Shown piece after piece: positions 7,718-12,046 of a DNA stretch of 12,046 nt. Source of the DNA: Promethearchaeia archaeon (GTDB taxonomy: Archaea > Asgardarchaeota > Lokiarchaeia > Sigyniarchaeales > SOKP01); NCBI GenBank assembly GCA_046497275.1, contig JAWOFX010000164.1, positions 1 through 12,046 on the forward strand. Reading direction: 5' to 3'. A program made the translations under genes and the position numbers. Each line of letters begins with the position of its first letter. Position 1 is the first letter of the stretch. Below the pieces are notes generated by a model that saw nothing but the letters and a program-made list of their open reading frames with translations, had not been told where the DNA came from and made no database searches.

Positions 7718-10083
7718 TTATCGAATCTTTTAAATATAAATTTTCAAATACATATAAAATAAAAAAATATTAGTAGCGTATGGATAATAGGGATTTAAGA
7801 CTTTCTTGCGATTCGGGTCATAGAAGATGTTCTGACAATGATAATCATTCAGATATTTTTAGAGAGGATAGTGTTTTCATTATAAAACGGGAACGCATTG
7901 AAGAAATGAAATCGGTGATTGACGAAAAAGGGCGTTATTCCGCCGAGACGATACGGATTTCTCGGGCTAAATTTGATTTAAAAGAGTTGGATCGCCTTGC
8001 TAACCGCTCCCGAGCACTCGCGAATGACACATTATATTTATTACGACAATACCATTTTTATCATACTACTAACGATATTGAGAAGAAGAACTTCTATCAT
8101 AGAAATGTTGGTGATAAATTTTACAAAACCATAAAAAAATCCGAATATCCAACTGAGAAAAAAAATGCCGCTGTAGAAATTTTGAATGAACTATTTTTCA
8201 ATTTTAGGGCTTTGAAGAGCACCATTCCAACGATAATGAAATTTATGGAATCCTACAAGGACATAGGATATTCTCCTTGTGCTCAAGCGATCGTTAAATC
8301 CGTGTGTGAAACTTTTATCAGTCATCTAAAATTAATAGAGGAATGGGAAAACGCCCCCAAAAATCAACGCGGACAAAAACCATCACGACCTGGTCTACCC
8401 CGATATTTTGGCAAAAAGATAGCGGGAGAGCGAGTGGGAAAGTGGAAATTGATTTATCCGAAGCAAAGGCTCGCTCACGCTGGGAACAAGGAAAGCAAGG
8501 ATAACGCCCTCGAAAACCAGCAATATACTTGTTATATGTATGTACCGCCCTCACACGATCATTTAATTCCCAGAATACGGGTCAGAACAAAAGTGCTATC
8601 TCAATTGCTCAGAAACGGTGGGTTTGTGGAGATTATTCCCTGCGGGAAAAATTACTCATTTAACATCCATTATATCAAGACCAAAGAACAACGAGCCAGA
8701 GAATATGGTCTCGATCTCAATAGATACGAGCAGAACCCTAATAGAGCAATTTCTATCGACTTCGGAGTAAATAATTTCCTTACTATATTCAATAATTTTG
8801 GTGCGAAATTCCCTATATTTAAAGGCTCAGCAATAAAGCGTTGGAACTACAGGATAAATCATAAAGTTCCCGCACTGCAACGAAGATCTGATGTGATTGC
8901 CGACGTGCTAGAGCGGTATGAAAAAAATAAAAAAGTGGGAACATTTCTTTCATTAGAATCAATTATCAATTCTCGAATTCACACCTATCACGACGAGTTC
9001 GGGAAATTGAAAAGAATGATTCTTTATATATTTAAAAAGTTTTCTGATCTTTCACAGTTGGATACTCACAGTTTAGACAATCAAGCCATTGTTCTCAAAT
9101 GTTTTCGTTCCAAATCATTTTATGGGACGGTAAAAATCACGAATTGGGATAACTTTAAAAAACTTGCTGAGAGTGACGGAAAAAGAGTCTATAAAGGCAT
9201 TTTCAATAAGATTAGAAAAATTATCTTGATGGAGAGTGCTCCACGTGAGAGAAATTCTCTCTTACTTTCGTATTTTCGCTATCTGCAGGATAAAAGGGAT
9301 CGTAAAATATGGATTCTCAAAAAGATTTTTGGATATTCAATTCAAGATTTACAAGATTATTTGGAATTATTTGAATTAAAAATCGATGAGATATGGGACA
9401 AATATAAACGAGTTAAGCGGGACGCTATTAACAAGATCGCTAAGAAACTCTTCTATTATTGCCTATACTATGGAATAGGGACAATTACTTTCGGTTATAA
9501 CAAAGGATGGCAGAGCAATGCTGTTAAACTCAAGAAATTAACCAGAGATTTATTTGTTTCCTTACCGTTTAACCAAGTGTTAGAACGAATTCAAGTGGAA
9601 GCGATTTATTTTGATATTACGGTTGATTATACGCCAGAATGGTATACCAGCAAATGCTCATATATCGACGATGAGCCAATTAGGAAAGAAGCAGAAAATA
9701 ACTATACTGGATTACGCAGATTTACTCAAAACAAGATACAACATAACGGATTATTTCGATCAAAGGACGGATACATCATTCACGGAGATATCAACGGTGC
9801 TGCAAATATCGGCAAGAAAAAACATCCAGATTTATTTTCAAAAAAAATGATCGCACACAATTTAAGCCTAACCGATCAAACAAGACAAAAAGTTACCAAA
9901 TTTATCACCACCCCGCCCATAAAGTTTTCCCCTTCAAATGGAATTCCCACAGAAGAGTTAAAAAGGAAGAACAGATTAAATAAAAGTAAGGTTAAACCAC
10001 AAAGGTATCAAATGAGTCCAAGAGAATTTTTGAAAATGACTCAAACTGCCTATGTGTAGTAGTACTACCTAATACCAATTCAC
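7700..10083 (+). mobile_element. Putative non-autonomous IS200/IS605-family (tnpB-only) element; boundaries approximate
   Basis: tnpB without adjacent tnpA. Hairpins occur near both ends (7705-7714, 7831-7853; 10004-10050, 10056-10068), and TTCAC at 10079-10083 is a candidate right-end motif. The element sits between unrelated metabolic gene clusters. Confidence 0.5.
7780..10059 (+). CDS. tnpB: Very large TnpB-like RNA-guided RuvC nuclease (IS200/IS605 OrfB family) with rearranged catalytic site and a large insertion
   Basis: N-terminal 'KELDRLANRSRALANDTLYLLRQ' and 'AQAIVKSV...RPGLPRY' REC/WED motifs; RuvC-I 'AISIDFGVNNF' (D327); 'ITFGYNKGW'; 'PEWYTSKCSYIDDEPI' (E620); 'GLFRSKDGYIIHGDINGAANI' (D670). 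A possible true start is ATG 7906 (MKSVIDEK). Confidence 0.9.
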   Translation: MDNRDLRLSCDSGHRRCSDNDNHSDIFREDSVFIIKRERIEEMKSVIDEKGRYSAETIRISRAKFDLKELDRLANRSRALANDTLYLLRQYHFYHTTNDIEKKNFYHRNVGDKFYKTIKKSEYPTEKKNAAVEILNELFFNFRALKSTIPTIMKFMESYKDIGYSPCAQAIVKSVCETFISHLKLIEEWENAPKNQRGQKPSRPGLPRYFGKKIAGERVGKWKLIYPKQRLAHAGNKESKDNALENQQYTCYMYVPPSHDHLIPRIRVRTKVLSQLLRNGGFVEIIPCGKNYSFNIHYIKTKEQRAREYGLDLNRYEQNPNRAISIDFGVNNFLTIFNNFGAKFPIFKGSAIKRWNYRINHKVPALQRRSDVIADVLERYEKNKKVGTFLSLESIINSRIHTYHDEFGKLKRMILYIFKKFSDLSQLDTHSLDNQAIVLKCFRSKSFYGTVKITNWDNFKKLAESDGKRVYKGIFNKIRKIILMESAPRERNSLLLSYFRYLQDKRDRKIWILKKIFGYSIQDLQDYLELFELKIDEIWDKYKRVKRDAINKIAKKLFYYCLYYGIGTITFGYNKGWQSNAVKLKKLTRDLFVSLPFNQVLERIQVEAIYFDITVDYTPEWYTSKCSYIDDEPIRKEAENNYTGLRRFTQNKIQHNGLFRSKDGYIIHGDINGAANIGKKKHPDLFSKKMIAHNLSLTDQTRQKVTKFITTPPIKFSPSNGIPTEELKRKNRLNKSKVKPQRYQMSPREFLKMTQTAYV

Positions 10084-10103
10084 AAAAGTGTTGATGGTCT
10101 ACA
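9830..10103 (+). ncRNA. Candidate omega-RNA (reRNA) overlapping the tnpB 3' end, with a possible guide after 10083
   Basis: Established for TnpB: the omega-RNA derives from the element right end and overlaps the ORF 3' end. Seen here: nested stems GGTA/TGCC, TGAGTC/GACTCA, CAAGA/TTTTG (10004-10050) and GTAGT/ACTAC (10056-10068). Boundaries are guesses. Confidence 0.35.
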
Positions 10104-10138
10104 GAGATGTGCACTCTTAAAAATGCATATGAATCTCT
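10103..10138. terminator. Imperfect hairpin between convergent genes
   Basis: AGAG-ATGTGCA-(CTCTTAAAAA)-TGCATAT-GAAT-CTCT: a 7-bp inner stem with one G-U pair plus a 4-bp outer stem. Confidence 0.25.
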
Positions 10139-10163
10139 CTAATGAGAAAATAATATAAAAAAA

Positions 10164-11273
10164 TTAAATTTGCAAATATTCCGTTCTTTCAGTAAATACG
10201 TTCGCCATTGATTCTTCTACATCTATTTTTTGTTCTAATAAACGATTAATATTCAAATTTTCAATAGTTCTTCCTTCTTCCCAAAAATCAATACCACATA
10301 AAACACTTGATAAATGTATGATGGAATCGATTGTAGGTGTATTTACATTTAAAAAACGTCCTAGAGACGCTAATGGGACAAGCCCAGTAGGTACATCTTC
10401 TGTAAAATATCTTGTTTCTAATTTATAAGGAGAATTGATCTCTTCATAGGAGTCAATTTTTTGAATTGACTCAAATATTGATTTCCCAGAAACTCCATAT
10501 ACTTGATTAGCCCACTTACAAAAGTCAAATCTTCTCACTCCTAACTTCCTAAAAATTTGATTAATTTCTAGTTGGATGGTTTCAAGTATCTGACAAATTC
10601 TTTTTGATGCTCCTTCTTTATAATATTTAAAGTCTAAACCATTTTCAATTGATCCGGAGTTTAATAGTGTGATTGTCGGATGAAGTAACATACCAATGTT
10701 ATTTAATGTAAGTTGAAGATAATTATCAACTGGCTGAAACTGTGGAAAAATATCATTTAAAGTATCTTTAATAAAAAAATTATTTTCTTCAGGATAAGAA
10801 CAAAAATTAATATCATCTTTTATCTTGAATATTCTAACTTTGTGTTTTTTTAATGCTCTAGCTGTGAATAAAAGAGTCTGAGTTTCTGCTATATACACAT
10901 TCAAATGTTTACGTTTTTCGTCAATAATCTGTTTAAATTCAATAGTACCAAACGTTCTCCCAGGATTTAATATTATAATTTGATCAGTTTTCAAATAGGG
11001 TGCGATTTTTTTAGCAATTTCCTTATGGGCAAAAGCTGGAATAGCAATCATTATTACATCTACGTCTTTCACTGCCGTTTCTAAATCTTGAGTTACTTTT
11101 TCAAGATCAAAGGACCCTTTTAATGCTCCTTTTGCTTTAATTCTCATTTTCTTCTTTATATATTCGATCCTTGAAAAAGAACGATTATATAGATTCACCA
11201 ATCCTCCTTTCGAAGCTAAATAAACAGCAAAGGCTCTGCCTCCAGAACCTGCTCCAATTACACAATATCTCAT
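10164..11273 (-). CDS. NAD(P)-dependent octopine/nopaline (opine) dehydrogenase family protein
   Basis: Rossmann 'VIGAGSGG', 'IILNPGRTFG', 'AETQTL', 'LNNIGMLLHP', 'RYFTEDVPTGLVP' and 'TPTIDSII'. The ATG at 11273 overlaps the upstream TGA (TGATG), with SD GGAGG at 11284-11288 on the minus strand. Confidence 0.9.
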   Translation of the reverse strand: MRYCVIGAGSGGRAFAVYLASKGGLVNLYNRSFSRIEYIKKKMRIKAKGALKGSFDLEKVTQDLETAVKDVDVIMIAIPAFAHKEIAKKIAPYLKTDQIIILNPGRTFGTIEFKQIIDEKRKHLNVYIAETQTLLFTARALKKHKVRIFKIKDDINFCSYPEENNFFIKDTLNDIFPQFQPVDNYLQLTLNNIGMLLHPTITLLNSGSIENGLDFKYYKEGASKRICQILETIQLEINQIFRKLGVRRFDFCKWANQVYGVSGKSIFESIQKIDSYEEINSPYKLETRYFTEDVPTGLVPLASLGRFLNVNTPTIDSIIHLSSVLCGIDFWEEGRTIENLNINRLLEQKIDVEESMANVFTERTEYLQI

Positions 11274-12046
11274 CAATTAATTGCCTCCAATTTTTTTAAT
11301 TCTTTAATTATGGGATCATCAAAATCAAAATTCTCTAATTTATTTAAAATCTGTTTGATTCTTTCGATCTCATTTATGGGTTTATTAGTGATCCCAATGG
11401 AATCACAAGCACCATTAATTATACGTGTTTTAATCTCTCCTTTCCCAAATGGATTATTTTTCAGATGGGGCGCATCAAATATACCTAATTTGACTAAACG
11501 ATATAAAATATTAGGATTTATCCAAGGATCTCGTTTTTCTGAAGGATGTTTTGTTAATTTCGGAATTAAATTTACAATCCATTTCGCTTGTTGAATTAGA
11601 GATTGTTTCCTCTTCTCGATATGTTCATTTTTAAATGAAATATTACTTGAGTACATGCGTTGAACTACTTGATCAACAATATCACAACTCTCAATAATAT
11701 CTTCTGGTAGCGCAGCATGGGACGCCTCTGAAAAACTAACAATATGTATTATATCTGGTTTTAATAATAATTGTATTAATGTGGCAGATGCTAATTGTCC
11801 TTTTGCTTTATTTAGATTTAAAGGAAAACTAGCTAATCCTGTTCTCACTTGTTTTATGATTTTAAAGGAATTATCTTCCAAAGAGTGTAAGAGCTCATTT
11901 TTGGCTAACATCTTGGCTAAATCCATATCAAAAGAGATGTTTGGGGGTGTATTAAACATATATTGAGCGACAAAATGTTTTACTCCCAGTTTTTTTGCGA
12001 TTATTCCACACAGATACATATCAGCAACGGCAATTGCATCTGGTGC
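11273..12046 (-). CDS. C-terminal part of a probable cobalamin-dependent (B12-binding, mutase-like) protein; gene starts beyond the window
   Basis: The frame is open to the window edge (APDAIAVADMYLCGIIAKKLGVKHFVAQYMFNTP...MDLAKMLAK...QVRTGLASFP...AKGQLASAT...PDIIHIVSFSEASHAA). I recall this as the family of B12-binding-domain proteins that neighbour opine dehydrogenases. The DxHxxG B12 motif itself is not in this window. Confidence 0.5.
   Translation of the reverse strand, partial: APDAIAVADMYLCGIIAKKLGVKHFVAQYMFNTPPNISFDMDLAKMLAKNELLHSLEDNSFKIIKQVRTGLASFPLNLNKAKGQLASATLIQLLLKPDIIHIVSFSEASHAALPEDIIESCDIVDQVVQRMYSSNISFKNEHIEKRKQSLIQQAKWIVNLIPKLTKHPSEKRDPWINPNILYRLVKLGIFDAPHLKNNPFGKGEIKTRIINGACDSIGITNKPINEIERIKQILNKLENFDFDDPIIKELKKLEAIN

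Noticed and set aside
8318-9850. Nested ORFs 8318-8554 (-) and 9611-9850 (+) inside tnpB
   Set aside because: Alternative-frame or antisense artefacts. Neither resembles TnpA (no HUH/Y1 motif) or a serine recombinase.
9961-10002. Basic stretch KRKNRLNKSKVKP in the TnpB tail resembling a nuclear localisation signal
   Set aside because: Lys-rich tails are expected from AT-rich codons and from overlap with RNA scaffold sequence. There is no evidence of function.
7768-10074. Imperfect inverted repeat TATTAGTAG (7768-7776) / CTACCTAATA (10065-10074) and direct TAGTAG (7771, 10057) flanking tnpB
   Set aside because: Short and AT-rich, with no target-site duplication outside them. IS200/IS605 elements do not use TIRs, so this is probably chance.
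7400-10163. CRISPR array or cas genes next to the large RuvC protein (type V system)
   Set aside because: Neither flank contains repeated 25-40-nt units with spacers, and no cas1/cas2/cas4 is in the window, so it is not called Cas12.
11310-11966. Plus-strand ORFs 11310-11594 and 11781-11966
   Set aside because: Antisense shadows of the minus-strand putative cobalamin-dependent gene.

Overview
AT-rich prokaryotic window, most likely archaeal. An Asgard/Lokiarchaeia-type genome is my inference from the low GC, the SCP2, C45, FAD/Fe-S paralogue gene set and a GGGGTGA-type SD; it is not proven. From left to right: the 3' part of an MDR/Zn-dependent dehydrogenase; a C45 Ntn-hydrolase; a small-antitoxin plus nucleotidyltransferase pair resembling MenA1/MenT1; an N-truncated shikimate-kinase remnant; an 18-bp palindrome; a SCP2, acetoacetate-decarboxylase-family, FAD oxidoreductase and CCG Fe-S protein cluster; a start-less Cys-rich reading frame; a stand-alone, very large (759 aa) TnpB-like RuvC nuclease; and, convergent on the minus strand, an opine dehydrogenase coupled to the C-terminal part of a probable cobalamin-dependent enzyme. 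The TnpB-like protein is the most unusual element. It has a rearranged Fanzor-like catalytic triad (D327/E620/D670), a ~165-aa insertion between RuvC-I and the bridge helix, a hairpin-rich 3' end that could be an omega-RNA/right end, and no tnpA or CRISPR array nearby.
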